A stretch of 63,773 bases of DNA, filler included, from Reclinomonas americana ATCC 50394 (Eukaryota), in the NCBI GenBank assembly GCA_048213135.1. It is 6 parts of 6 records of this genome, joined end to end, with 100 filler letters (N's around TTAATTAATTAA, not from the genome) between each part and the next. Parts side by side here need not be neighbours in the genome. Positions count along the whole stretch, not along the records: positions 1 to 28,969 come from PS015559.1; 5 more parts are not named here. One strand, given 5' to 3'. This document shows positions 12,001 to 24,387 of this stretch, one piece after another. The notes beneath the pieces were generated by a model that saw nothing but the letters and a program-made list of their open reading frames with translations, had not been told where the DNA came from and ran no database searches. How positions within the stretch are numbered: position 1 is the stretch's first letter; every line of letters starts with the position of its first letter. A program made the position numbers and the translations under genes.

Positions 12001-15000
12001 AGCTCCCACGGTGTACGCTCGCCGGAACTCATCCACTCGCGCAGCGTTCCGCCCTGCATTTCCGATTGAGTGGCGGAGCTGGGATGACAAAGAGAGCGAG
12101 AATGTGTGCCACTTCGTCACCTCGTAGTACGGGAACTGAATGTAGGCTTTCTGCCAGTCGCGACCGCCCTTTGGCCGATCCTTGAAGACGGCCTCAATGT
12201 TGACCACAAATGGATGCTTCAGCGACGACAAGACGCAGGCCTGCACGCACCGAGTTACAACTCGGTGTTTCACATGAATGCAGTGAAATCGACACAAACC
12301 TCGTGCTCGAGCAGCGCCTCCTCGGAACGCGAAAACTCCTTCAGCACAGTCAGTCGACCATCGCCCTTGAGCTTGGCCAGGAACTGCGAGCGGCCATTCA
12401 TGTGAGCTCAGCATGACATAAACATCACACGCCAGGAGAACCAACGCACCACAGCGCGTCGCAGTTCACGAATAATGTCGTAATCTTCGGAGATGCGCCG
12501 CCGCACGAGAACTCCTGAGCGCACCAGTCGCTCATCAGCTGCCGCATCGGCCTCCAGTGCTCCACACAGCACCACCGTGTCGGCATGGGAAATGGAGAGG
12601 GCGCGAAGGCGCGTAGAAATGCTGCAAGTGCGCACACGTGTGTGTCAGCAGCACATTTCTATGTGGAAGTGACAACGGGATGCACTGTGTACCTCTCCTG
12701 CTTGCGAGCAATCGCCGCGACCTTGTCGCGCTGCTCATCCACTCGCGCACTCGCCTGTTACATTCGCGAATAAGCAACAAATATGATGCGCGCCACAGTG
12801 GTGGTGACACGAGACAAACCTCGGCCAGCGTGTTGGCCGCGGCACCATTCAACTCCATCTCCTTCAGCTCGTACTCCATGCGATTGGTACGCTTAAGCTC
12901 GTCGATCCACTGCGCCTTGAGACGAGCCTTGTCCTTGATCAATGTCAGAATCTCAGTACGCTCCACGTCCTCACGCTCCAGCGACCACATCATGCTGCGG
13001 TACTGCGCAAACACGTCGCCCAGCGACACCACCTCACGACGATGCTCAAAGTACCTGCGCGGAGGCCGATCAGAAGATGCACGACACGGAGGGACGAGTC
13101 AACGGAGACACAACTTGTACGACACAGAGAGCAACATGTCGAATGCGCTGGCACCCCACTTCTGCAAGGCTGCGTAGCGCTCGCACTGGATGGTGAGTTG
13201 GTTCTTGTATTCGCGCATCGTGTGCTGCACTGCTCGGTGTTGCTCTGTGACATGGATCCCGATGAACAAAGAAGAGTGTGGCTGTGAGGAACAATGGAGA
13301 TCACCACCACACCTTCTTCACACGCCGTCAGCCAGTCTTGGAACACTTTAAGCGTGTGTGTCAGCTCCTCCGCGGTGCCATGCAGCGACGACGGATACTC
13401 CGATGAACTACTTCCGCAACGTCAGTCTGAAAAGCGAAGACGGAAACATCGCCACCATTCGCCCGAGCTCACCTGCTCAGTGTCTCGGCGTGTTGCGACG
13501 AAAGCAGGGAGCACAGCTCGAGAACAGCACCGCATGCAGCTGCCGCTGTGTCCGAATGGGCGACAAGAGCGCCGAGTCGCTCACGGCCAACGCTCCTGTT
13601 TTTGATGCCGACAGTTTCATCAGCTGACACGACTCTTCTTCTGCATGGCGATGCATACACACCTCAGCTCCTGGATTTCCACGGCGCGGTTGTACAGTGG
13701 ATTGTCTTCGCCGATTGGACGCGGAGTCATGGGTGTGGTGGGGACACCAAAAGTCGCTACTATCGCGACGAAACACGGTGAGCACAACTTGAGAGGCGCA
13801 AATGGCACTTAGCGAAACAACTAAACCTTCGTCGCGTTCCTCGAAATCATCATTCAGGGGGGCGGACTCGCCGGGCGAGCCGAGTGGAGTCGGTTGCGAC
13901 GACGGCGACAACAAGAATTCGCGCAGATCGCGCCGCAGATTGTCGCGCAGCTCATACGAGTGCGCAAGGACGTCTTCCGGTCGACCCGCATCACCCTGCT
14001 GTTGCGCATTCAACGCAAACAGACTCTCGATCTCGTGCAACATGGTCTGCGCTCCCCTCGGCGGTCAGTCAGAGCACCTACTTGCTCACAGACACAAATG
14101 TACACACCTTGTGCGACTGCAGGTATGTAAACAATGCGTCGGTGCGACTGCGATGTCGCTGCATCTCTGCCTCCTGCAGCGACAGCTCGCGGCCCAATGC
14201 ATCCAGGCCACCGACCGGCAACTCGTCCTCGGTTTGTGACGGGGCACAGCTCTCGTTGATTTCTGCGAGACTCGGATCAGGTACATGATACGGAACCAGC
14301 ATGCTGCGCATTGTGTACCTTCGTAGCCGAGATTGAGTAGTGTGAGCGAGCACAAGTGACGCACCAAGAGGTGCGACGACGAGGCTCCGGCACGAATGCA
14401 CCCCAAATCCATCCACTCCACCAACTTGGTGCACTCCATTTCTGCGGATGCCGACAAATGAGCACCGTGCAGCACCGCACCTCACAGTCACACAACCATA
14501 CCAGTAAATGACACATGCGCCAGGCACCACGCGGCAAGGGCATGCACGCAGGTCGGGTACGTGGCTACGGCGAGCGGGAGGCACAGCTTGCGCACCAGCT
14601 CCTCGTTCCACCGCAGCGAGAGCGATGCAGATGCGTCCGAGTGGTAGCACAATTGTCGGAACACACTCCAGAAGGGTCCGTACGGAGCCAGACGTTGCTC
14701 GTGGACGTCTGTAGCACAGCACAGGAAAGGAGAAGGGTGATGGGTGGTGAGCATCGGAGCACAGCGGGATAAGACATTAAGTGACGCACTCATGGGGAAC
14801 AAGAACATGACCACTTGGCAGGCCAACAGCTGCGTGTCCTCCATCACCAGGGCGGTGCATTGCGCAATCTTCTCCACCACTTGCAGCGACCGCAGCAGCG
14901 GTACACACTCGGCTGCACAATTCGTCAGCAACTCTCTCCTCTCTCTCTCTCTTCACAAAAGAAAACCACCCACGACGCAACGTTCCAACGCAATGTTGCG

Positions 15001-17192
15001 CAGTGTCTCCAGCATGCGCAGCTGGATCGTGTTCTCGGTGCTGTGCAGCAGACGCAAGAGCAGCGAGAAATTCTCGTCCAAACAAATGGAGGCCCGCAGC
15101 GAAGGCACTGCATGGCGTGAAAAGTGAGCGACGCACACTTACAGGCATGTCAACCCGCGTAAATCGCACGCAACTGCGCTCGGAAATGTTGCACAATGCT
15201 TGCACGGCTTGCCGATCGACCTCCGAGTCCTTGCAGTTGAGCAAGAGCAGGAGAGAGTTGACGGCTTCGCGACCCATGTCCTTCAAGTATGTGTTGCATT
15301 CTGGGTCGAGTGGACGAATTAGCATTAACGGAGCACGTGACAGTTGCATGCGCACACACCGTCAGTGATGCAGCAGAGGGCCGCGGCAGAAGCTCGCTGC
15401 ACACGAATGTCGGTGAAGCGCGCCACGTTCACCAATGCATTCACGGTTCCCGATTGAGCCGTATGTAGTCGACCGGCCGCTGTTACCGGATGACAGTGAC
15501 GAAATGTACTGAGAACAAAGGAGGAGGGGCAGCGACGCAACAAGTGGCCACGAAATTCAGAATGACGCGCATGGCAAACACCTTGGTCTTGCTGTCGTCG
15601 ACGCCCATCAGTCGCGAGAGGGTGGACGATGGCAGGTCTCCCGACACATCTGCAACACGGGTCAGCTGGTGAATGCATAGAAATTCAACCTCGTGGGAGC
15701 GTCACACCTTCCCGGGTCACTTCATACAACGCTCGTGCCAGCTCACGCATGGTGGGCGTGCCGTTGGCAAACTCCACCGCCGCACACAGCGCCGAGAACA
15801 GACCCTTAGCCAGCAGTGTGCGACTGAAACCCGACACCGACAAGTTCGCAATGCACTTGGCCGTCTCGCCGACCACACTGGTGATGCGGTACTCGGGCGC
15901 ATCCGTCATGCACGTCTGCGAGTGCACATCACGATGAGCGGCAACTCAATGTATACACACAACGAGCGAATTAGAAAGAGACCTCCACGTCGCTCCAGTC
16001 ACTCGGCACACGGAAACCCGCACGCTCGCGTTCCCTAAACGCCTCGGCGCGATTCAGGCCACGACTGTCGAGACTCTCATCATCACCTGCACCGTTGCCT
16101 ACGACGCTGGCGGTGGCGGTACTTCCGTGACCAGCGAGCGTCCCTCCCACCGTGCCGGCCACAGACACACCACTGGCCGTCGGTGGGGCGCGACGAATGA
16201 ACGAATCGGGCGACGTGGGCGACGTCGGCAACGGCGGTGGCGACGACGCAGCCGTGTGCGAGCGCATGGACGCCACGGCAGCAGCGGCACCCTCTGAACT
16301 GCGCCACACCTCAGCCATGTGATCTTCGCGACTGCATGATGCGAACATGGTCAGAGAAGCGATCGCTCCATTGTGAGAGTGAGCGGCACGACTGGCGGCA
16401 ACGCACCGACTCGGCGTGCCAGTGTGACGACGCGGCTCCTCACGCATACCAGTGAGCGCGGCCATTTCTGGCGACGCAGCATCCCGCAGTGCGCGCTGTA
16501 TCTTTTGCGGCAACTTTGGCGTGCTCGCCGTCTGCACTCCGTGCGGTGCCGCTGACGACGACGACGACGGCGAGAGGGCCGAGGAGATGGCATTCAGAGA
16601 GTGCGACGGATCCACGAGTACCGCATGCGACTCATCACTGTGCATGGCGTTGCTGAGCAACGACGTCAACGTCTCGCACGTATGCTGCTCCGCGCTGCGC
16701 ATATCGCCCGCGGCCGCCGCAGTCGCCGACACCGACGAGGCCATGAGCGCATCGGCACACGCATCAGTGCAGCACAAGTACGACAAGGTGTGCGCCGCCG
16801 ACAACAGCATCTCCACATCGGTCTCCTCATCGCACACCGCCAGCAGCGCCTCGTGGCCACCGACTTTCAGAATCGTGGCGTGACAGTCGACTGCATGCAC
16901 ACACGATGAGAAAGCGATCGGAGAGGGAGCGGAGTGCGACGAAGTACCGTTCTCCGCCACTCGCGCCAACGCCTGCACACCGGTCTTGCGCATCGCCGTG
17001 TCATCGCCCTCACGAATCATGTTGACCAGTGACTTGGCGGCCGACACGCCCACGGTGCGAAAGTGACCGACCTGACTCGACATGTTGATGAGCGCCGAAA
17101 TCGCCGTGCGTCTCACCTCCACATTCTCGTGCAACGACAGTGCCGCGATCGGATCCACGCCCCCAAACTCCACCAAGTTGAGGCATGCGCCA
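9013..17192 (-). CDS. Giant ARM-repeat + coiled-coil + protein kinase + HECT E3 ubiquitin ligase (5' exons lie on the inverted contig 18031-18442)
   Basis: ARM repeats (GGVDPIAALSLHENVEVRRTAISALINMS; VNSLLLLLNCKDSEVDRQAVQALCNIS) at ~14300-17190. Kinase (TVLKEF, LKHPFVVNI, HR|DLKPEN, KIADFGFAR, GTRPFAAPE, SDMWSLGV, RPSAIELLAHPYF) at ~10820-12490. HECT (IELTVSRAHIVND, ESVGAALLKCLIDNRPVHARFAPSLFKYLL, LRRFLRLCTS, LYAQTCFHHLEVP) at ~9200-10720. The junctions I traced stay in frame. Confidence 0.8.
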
Positions 17193-17236
17193 CCTGCATC
17201 ACAGAGTGAGAGACGGNNNNNNNNNNNNNNNNNNNN

Positions 17237-17309
<73 letters not shown>

Positions 17310-17404
17310 TCTCAGCCTCCTGCTCAGCTGTGCATTTCTCCTTTGCATTGTCTCTTCTCCCTCCCCTCTCCTCCCTCCCTCCCTCCCCTTCCTCTCCACC
17401 AACG

Positions 17405-17953
17405 CACCAAGGATGCCATAGGCCTTGGGTCCCCTCTGCAAGCCGCCGACATTGCGGCAGCCATGGTTGACCATCTCCATGAGATCACGCATCTCCTTGC
17501 GAGAGTACTCGCCCGGATCCGCCACAATCTCCAGATCCGTGAGGTTGCCCGCACCCTCTCCCATCGTCGCATCTCCACTACCACCACTACCACTACCACC
17601 AGCAGCCGCAGCTGCAGCACCAACAGCAGCCGCAGACGACGAACCGGAATCGCCAGCAGATTGCGGAAGATCTGTCTCCACAATCTGTGAGCACACAACG
17701 TCGCGCCACTCTGTCATGCACACACACGCATAGACAGAGACCTGACTTGGCCACTACTCGCTCAATCTTGAGCACGCGAAACGTGCGTCGTGCATGTTCC
17801 GTTCCAACCAAGTAGTACCTCTGCACACAACAGACAGACATGATGATGATTGTGCGCACAACTCACACACTGCTGCAACACACACACACTTACTTGCGGT
17901 GTCTCGTACAAGACAAACTTTTGCAGGCAAGAGGTCACTGGTGGCAAACGCAT
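17405..17953 (-). CDS. FIG4: FIG4 N-terminal exons (on a mis-oriented contig)
   Basis: MRLPPVTSCLQKFVLYETPQ|RYYLVGTEHARRTFRVLKIER...DLEIVADPGEYSRKEMRDLMEMVNHG...KAYGILG matches the FIG4/Sac3 N-terminus (QKLVLYET.RYFLVG...YRVLKIDR). Confidence 0.88.
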
Positions 17954-18030
17954 CGGAGGTGAATGAGTGAGGCGAAAGTGACTGCGAAATTTCCTTCAGT
18001 CACTCATTGCAAACCTTCAACGAGCGCGCT
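17954..18030. promoter_or_regulatory. 77-bp putative bidirectional promoter between the FIG4 and ARM-kinase-HECT start codons
   Basis: Head-to-head ATGs at 17953(-) and 18031(+). Inverted repeats AATGAGTGA/TCACTCATT and AGTGACTG/CAGTCACT. Confidence 0.6.
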
Positions 18031-18368
18031 ATGAGTGCGCCTCACTTGCGGCGCCCGTCCATGCCCGGACTGAGTGCCGAAGACCTGCAGCAAGTGGCCA
18101 CACAAGCGCGACCTCTGTTGCGCACAATGAAAAAAGTCTCTCTCTTGCTTTGTGTGCCGACTCTCACACTGCACACACACACGCACACAGAAAGTTGAGT
18201 CGGAATGTGGAGGCTGCGCGAGTGGAGGCACTGGATGGCCGCGTGCATCCGCTCATCTCACTGGCGCGCTACTCCAATGTGGAGATACTGAAGGAGGTGG
18301 CGCTGGCCCTCGCCGATGTCACCAAACACGGTGCGTGTCTGCGCCACACACGTGCACACACACACACA

Positions 18369-18416
<48 letters not shown>

Positions 18417-18442
18417 GCGACAGACGAACGAGGCGTCGACTA
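18031..18442 (+). CDS. N-terminal exons of the ARM-repeat protein (on a mis-oriented contig)
   Basis: MSAPHLRRPSMPGLSAEDLQQ...|LSRNVEAARVEALDGRVHPLISLARYSNVEILKEVALALADVTKH|DERGVD is an ARM repeat of the same style as those at 15000-17190. Confidence 0.75.
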
Positions 18443-18768
18443 NNNNNNNNNNNNNNNNNNNNNNNNNNNNNNNNNNNNNNNNNNNNNNNNNNNNNNNNNN
18501 NNNNNNNNNNNNNNNNNNNNNNNNNNNNNNNNNNNNNNNNNNNNNNNNNNNNNNNNNNNNNNNNNNNNNNNNNNNNNNNNNNNNNNNNNNNNNNNNNNNN
18601 NNNNNNNNNNNNNNNNNNNNNNNNNNNNNNNNNNNNNNNNNNNNNNNNNNNNNNNNNNNNNNNNNNNNNNNNNNNNNNNNNNNNNNNNNNNNNNNNNNNN
18701 NNNNNNNNNNNNNNNNNNNNNNNNNNNNNNNNNNNNNNNNNNNNNNNNNNNNNNNNNNNNNNNNNNNN

Positions 18769-21700
18769 TCCATCTCGATTGTGCTCATTGGTCGCCGCTC
18801 GCGCTACTTTGCCGGCACTCGGTACCTCAAACGTGGCATCAACGATCAGGGCCACGTGGCCAACGAGGTGGAGACCGAGCAGATTGTGTACGACTCGTCG
18901 TCGGTGAACGAATTCGAGCGCGAGGGCGTGTTCACGTCGGTGGTGCAAGTGCGTGGCTCGGTGCCGGTCTACTGGTCGCACGATACACAATCGAAGGCCA
19001 TTGTGGCGCCCAAGCCCACCATTATCAGTTTCGTGGACACAACGTGCAGTCAACGTGGTGGTGGTGGTAATGATGATGACACTCACATACTCTTCATTTC
19101 GACAGTGGGCCGCTACGATCCGCAATGCACGGCAGCGCGTCTCCACTTCCAGGATCTGTTCCGACGCTACGGCATGCCAGTGATTCTGCTCGATCTGCTG
19201 AAACCACAGGAGAAGAAGCCGCGAGAGATGCCGCTGGTGCGCGAGTTTGACGAGCTGGTCAATTATCTCAACCAGTTCCTGCCGGCCGAGAAGAAGATTC
19301 AGGTGACTTGCACTACGACTCTCCCACCGACTTTTCCACTCCTCGTGACTCACTCACTTGCTCTATTTGCAGCACATTTCGTGGGACTTCCGCGGCGCCG
19401 CCAAACGCAACCTCGGTCGCGCACTGACTACGATGGCCGTGATTTGCGAGGGAGCCATTTCGGAGACCAACATTTTCCGCTCCAAAGTGATTGTCGAGCG
19501 CGCGGACTGGCTGGAGGAGAGCGGACTCTACGATTTCTCCTCGCAGCCGTTCGAGGGATACACGTTGCAGCGTGGCGTGCTGCGCACGAACTGCTTGGAC
19601 TGTCTCGACCGCACCAACATTGCGCAGTTTTTGTTTGGCAAGTCGGCGCTCGCGCACCAGGTTTGATCGCACCACCATTCATGCGTGTTATGGTTGTGGG
19701 TGCGAGTCATTTCGTCTTACACTTTGACGCTTGTGCGCAGCTGCATGCACTGGGCGCCTTCTCGCGCGCCTCGTTCGTTGGTCACGAGGACATTATTCAG
19801 GCGCTGATGGATCTGTACGATGAAGCCGGTGACAATTTTGCTCTGCAGTACGGCGGCTCACGCACCGTCAGTGCCGGTGTGCATCACCGCGGCGTCAGCT
19901 GGGACATTCTGTCCAACATTCGACGATTCTACAGGTGAGTGTGTTGCTGTGCACGCCTTGCATAATCTGTTGAGCTGACAGCCGTGTGCGACAGCAACAA
20001 CTTCTTGGATCCGGAGAAACAAGAGGCCATCAACTTGTTCCTCGGACACTACGTGCCGGAGATTGGCAAGCCGCACTTGTGGGAGTTGCCTACGGATTTC
20101 TATCTGCACAACACTGCCACCGAGTTTGGCGAAGGATCGGAGAGTATGCAAGTGTTGCGTCGGAGCGGAAGCGGGGTTGGGACAGCAAGGATGTGCGCTC
20201 ACTTCGTGCCGCAGACTCCGTGACGACTGGTGGGTGCGGCCGAATGAGGAATTCGAGGACCCGCACGCATCGCTCTTTTCGCGCATCAATCAGGAGGAGG
20301 GTCTCGCCGGCGTGGCGACATGCACCGAAGAGCAGCTGTTTGACAGGCCCAAGGACGACACGTACTTTGAGCAGGCGCACCAGACGCACAAGCTGACCAA
20401 CTTTTACAAGTTGTGTTCCACTGCGACACAGCTATCTGCTTTCCTTTACCCACTCGCTCACGTACACACTCAGGCGCTTGCTGGTGCCCTACGAGAAGCG
20501 GCTGTCAGTGGCGCGTGACAGTCGAGCGGCAAGTGCGCATCATGCACGATCTTCGTTTCGTTTCCCCCCGGTGCACTGCAGCTGCCGTTGTACTCTCCTC
20601 ACTGGCATCGCACCACAGCACCAAGGGTCGCATGGCGGCCGTCTCCATCATGCCTGCTGTCATTGACGAGGACATTCGCCAGCGATTCGCCATTGTGAAC
20701 AGGATGACCAGTGCTCATGATGTTTCGTCACGCCACGTCAGCATTCTGTGGCGCGCATTGATGCTCACCGTTGTTCGTGCCTCGCAGGATTCGTTGTCGT
20801 TTATCGACGAACCGGAAGACGACAGCATGGAAAAGTATCGCGCGTACGCACACGCCAGTCGTCACGAAATGGTGGAGACGGTGAATCGGTCCTCCGAGTA
20901 CGAGTACTTTTTGTCGGGCACGCGCACTACGGCAATGCTGGCTGTTGCGTACCCGTTGTCGACCAAACCAGGGTGGACAGTTTGCTGAAGGGATGTTCCC
21001 ACTCTGATGTGCAGACTGGTGGCCAGAGTCGAGGCATCTCGGTGCTTGCCGGTGCCATGTCGCTGGGTCACACTGTGGTTCGTGTCGTATGGCGGTGATT
21101 GGGTGGAGCCTGCTCACTGACCTGTGCTGTGTGCATCGCGCAGCAAGGAGCCAGTCAGTTCAGCGGCGTGAACGCGGTGGGCGAGTACTACCAGAAAATG
21201 TACGATCGGTTCCTGGCGCCAGAGATGTCCCCTGATATCGACGACCTCAAGGTGCGTGTGTGTGTGTGTGCGTGAGAGTGCTTGCAGCCCTTGACCACGA
21301 CTCTCATTATTTCCTCGTTCTGTTGTGCGTGTGTCAACACAGCGCTTTGACGCGTACGCCCGCGCGGACCAGGCCGGGCGATATGTCATGGGCACAGTGC
21401 CGCTCAGCGTCGGAGTGTGCGTCCCACCCCCTCTCATTGTCACCCCCCCTCTCTACGTATTGATCTCACCTGGTGCGCAGTGAGTTCCAAAACACACTCG
21501 ATACGCTGCGTCGTGAGGCCGCCGTCGACTACCGAGTGGGCCTGTCCAGCAGCGCCTCGAGCTCCACGCTCTACGAGGACGGACTGCTGGCTGTATACGG
21601 TATTTCCTACAGGGACGAATGTGTTACGCAGTGACGGTGTTTGACCCTTGCGTGCGCCATGCAGGCGAGGAGCGCGATGACGACGAAGACGAGTCCACGG

Positions 21701-24140
21701 TCGGCACTCGTGATGTACAATCCTCTGCTGCTGATGTGAGTCGCCCCCTGCGTGTGCTTCACCTCGCTGTGGCTCATGTCAATGACTCTGCGCTCTGTTT
21801 TCCAGGCGCACGCCACGGCCGTGCTCGACAGCGACGAAGAGGACGAGGAAGGCAGTGAGCGCATCGAGGAGGCAGTCCCCGACGTGCGGCGACCGCATGT
21901 GCTGGACGAGATCCTCGAGCAATCGGCGGCCGCCCCGGCTCCGACACGCAAGGGTTTGTCGAGACAGTGTGCGGCCGCAAAGCAATGATGCGTGTATCTC
22001 ATGCATGGAGCAGGTGGCAGTGGCGGTGCGGCAAGTGATGCGAGTCAAGATGTGCGACCGTCGACGGCAGGGCGCGCGGAAGCTGGCGCAGCAGCCCCGT
22101 CCGCTCTGCTGGATGCCGCTCGTCGCACAGTCACGGTTACCCCGGAGGGTGACGGTCCACTCATCAGCTTTGGTGTGCGCTCACCGTCGAAGCAGCCGAG
22201 TTGCGAAACGAAATCGTGGTGCGTGCTTGCTGGCATCCTGTGTCTCACCAGTAGCCGCTGCTTCACAGGTGCGGTCACGGACCTGTCATCGATTGGTGCC
22301 ACTGTGCGCTCGGCCGTGCGGCGACGCAAGCTGGCCGAGGAGGCAGAGGAAATGTCGCGACAGGAGCAGACCATGATTCATCCGCCGTGGAACTACTTCC
22401 TTCCGTTCCTGCGCTACGTGCAGGACTTTGCGCTGACCGACGAGCTGGTATGTACTTGTCTGCCGCCGTCTAACACCGCCCGCCCTTGCGTTTGTCTGTC
22501 TCACGCACGCGAATGTCGTTAGTTGGACGAAGTGCTGCGGCGCATTGTGGAAAAGATGATGGCGTCGCCGGAGGAGGGTGGTATTCCACGTCGCCCGCAC
22601 ATTGTGTACCGCACCAGGAGGCACGCCAGCAAGAGCTCACGGTCCATTCTGTCCAAGCTGATGCACGAGGAGTTGCATCGCGGATGCTTCACCGGCCTCG
22701 ACGCCATCAAGTGGGTGCTCGAGTGCGACGAGTTCCGCGTGTCGGAGCCGGCCGACGCCATTGTGCTGCTGCAGCACATGTCGAACTGCAATGTGTTTTC
22801 GCGACTGGACGGCGGTTCCACATTTGACGGCGACTTTACGCTGTACAAGTTTTTGGTGTGTGTGTGAACCAATATTTGCGTTTCTATGGTGTTTCGCTGA
22901 CAGGTGCGCGCTCGCAAGGCCGGCGAGGAACCGCATGTACTCAACCTGTCGGATGTGTGGGACAAGCCGAGTCGCGCTGCGGTCACTGTGATTCGCTCAC
23001 TGGCGGCGAAAATGCTCAACACGTGCACTCAACACATGACTGGCAAGGGCTTGAATTATCAGGTGCGGTGGGCGGCAAGCAATCGCAAAAAAAGGGCATG
23101 CTCCTCATCGCACCTTGCCGCAGAGTGTGATCGAGAGTCAAGGGTACACCGAGTTTGTCGCCGAGACGGGCGAGTTGCAGCGGGTAACGTTTCTTGTGTC
23201 GATCACGCCTGTGCTCTCCGGCGTGTGTTGACTTGACTTGTCTCGTTGCAGTCGAATGTGTTTTCTCTGAACGAGCGCGAACGACTAGTGTTCTTTGTCA
23301 ATGCCCACAATCTGCTGTACATTCACGGGCTGATTGCACTCGGCGTCGAATCGTCAAGTGTACATCCGCGATTCTTGCACGCCGTGTGCTACGACATTGG
23401 TGGCTTGCGCTTCTCCCTACACGACATCAAGGACGGCATTCTGCGAGGTCTGTGTCGCCCCTCCTTTTGTGCAGTGGCCTTACCCTCTCACGTCGTCTCA
23501 CCCATTGTCGTGTAGGCAACAAACCGTGCTTGCATCAGCTCCTGCCACCGTTCCGTTCCAAGAGCGATCCACGAATGGTGTGTTTCATGATGACGATGAT
23601 GAACCGATGTGTGTGCGAAGCGCATTCTCATCACGATTGTCCGTGTCGTGCGTGCAGGGTCTGGTGCTGCAGGCGCCCGATGTTCGTGTGCACTTTGTGT
23701 TGTCTGGACTCGAGGGGAAACTGTTCCTGAAGCCCATGAGAGTGCGTGTTTGTGTTTGCGCTTGGGTCCACCACTTGATGGATTTGCTCATGTGGAGGCG
23801 CAGGTGGAGAAAGTCGATTACTTGTTGCAGCGGTGTGCGGAGAAATTCGGCGAAAAAGGAGTTATTGTGGACATTGGTCGGCGCGAGGTTTGTCAACGAT
23901 CTGGAACTGCGCGCGATGTACGACAGTCTAATCCTCACCGCACCGCTCTCACTCGCGCAGCTGCTGTTGCACCGATTGTTTGGCGAGTACGCGACCGATT
24001 TCGGTTTTGGCGAGGACCCGTGTTGTCAGCCGGCGCTGGTAAGAACACTCTTCCGCCTCACCTCGAAGAATCGTGTTGCGCTCTTGCGGTTGCTGGAGAC
24101 GCATCCCGACGGTGTTTGTGTGGTGTACTTTGACACGTGA
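18769..24140 (+). CDS. FIG4: FIG4/Sac3 phosphoinositide 5-phosphatase body with C-terminal DEP and DUF547-like domains
   Basis: [43 protein letters not shown], catalytic [38 protein letters not shown]...[11 protein letters not shown]. Downstream DEP ([10 protein letters not shown]...[10 protein letters not shown], ~22523-22855) and DUF547-like ([17 protein letters not shown]...[23 protein letters not shown]...DPR...DVRVHFVL). Confidence 0.85.
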
Positions 24141-24387
24141 GTGAAGTAAGTAGATTGTTTCTCCGGCACATTCATGTTGTCCATGAAAACTGGATTCTCT
24201 TGTCTTTCCTTCATCTCCGTCGCTTCCTGTGACTGAGTGTTCACCTTCTGCCTGCCTGCCTACCCCCCTGACACTGTGCCCGCAATGTGGATTCTCGGTG
24301 GATGGTACGCTGTGCTGTGAGTCGCTGCTCGTTGGCACTCTTCTCACTTCACTGTTTCTTCCTCGCGACAGCGCCCTGGTGTCGCTA

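Noticed and set aside
13380..13430. Apparent in-frame stops suggesting a non-standard genetic code or a gene boundary
   Set aside because: They fall inside an intron (acceptor gaagTAG), and splicing restores the frame. TAA, TAG and TGA all terminate genes normally in this window.
20520..20620. Possible 5-nt microexon CTGCC in FIG4
   Set aside because: A single ~49-nt intron (about 20533-20581) already keeps the frame.
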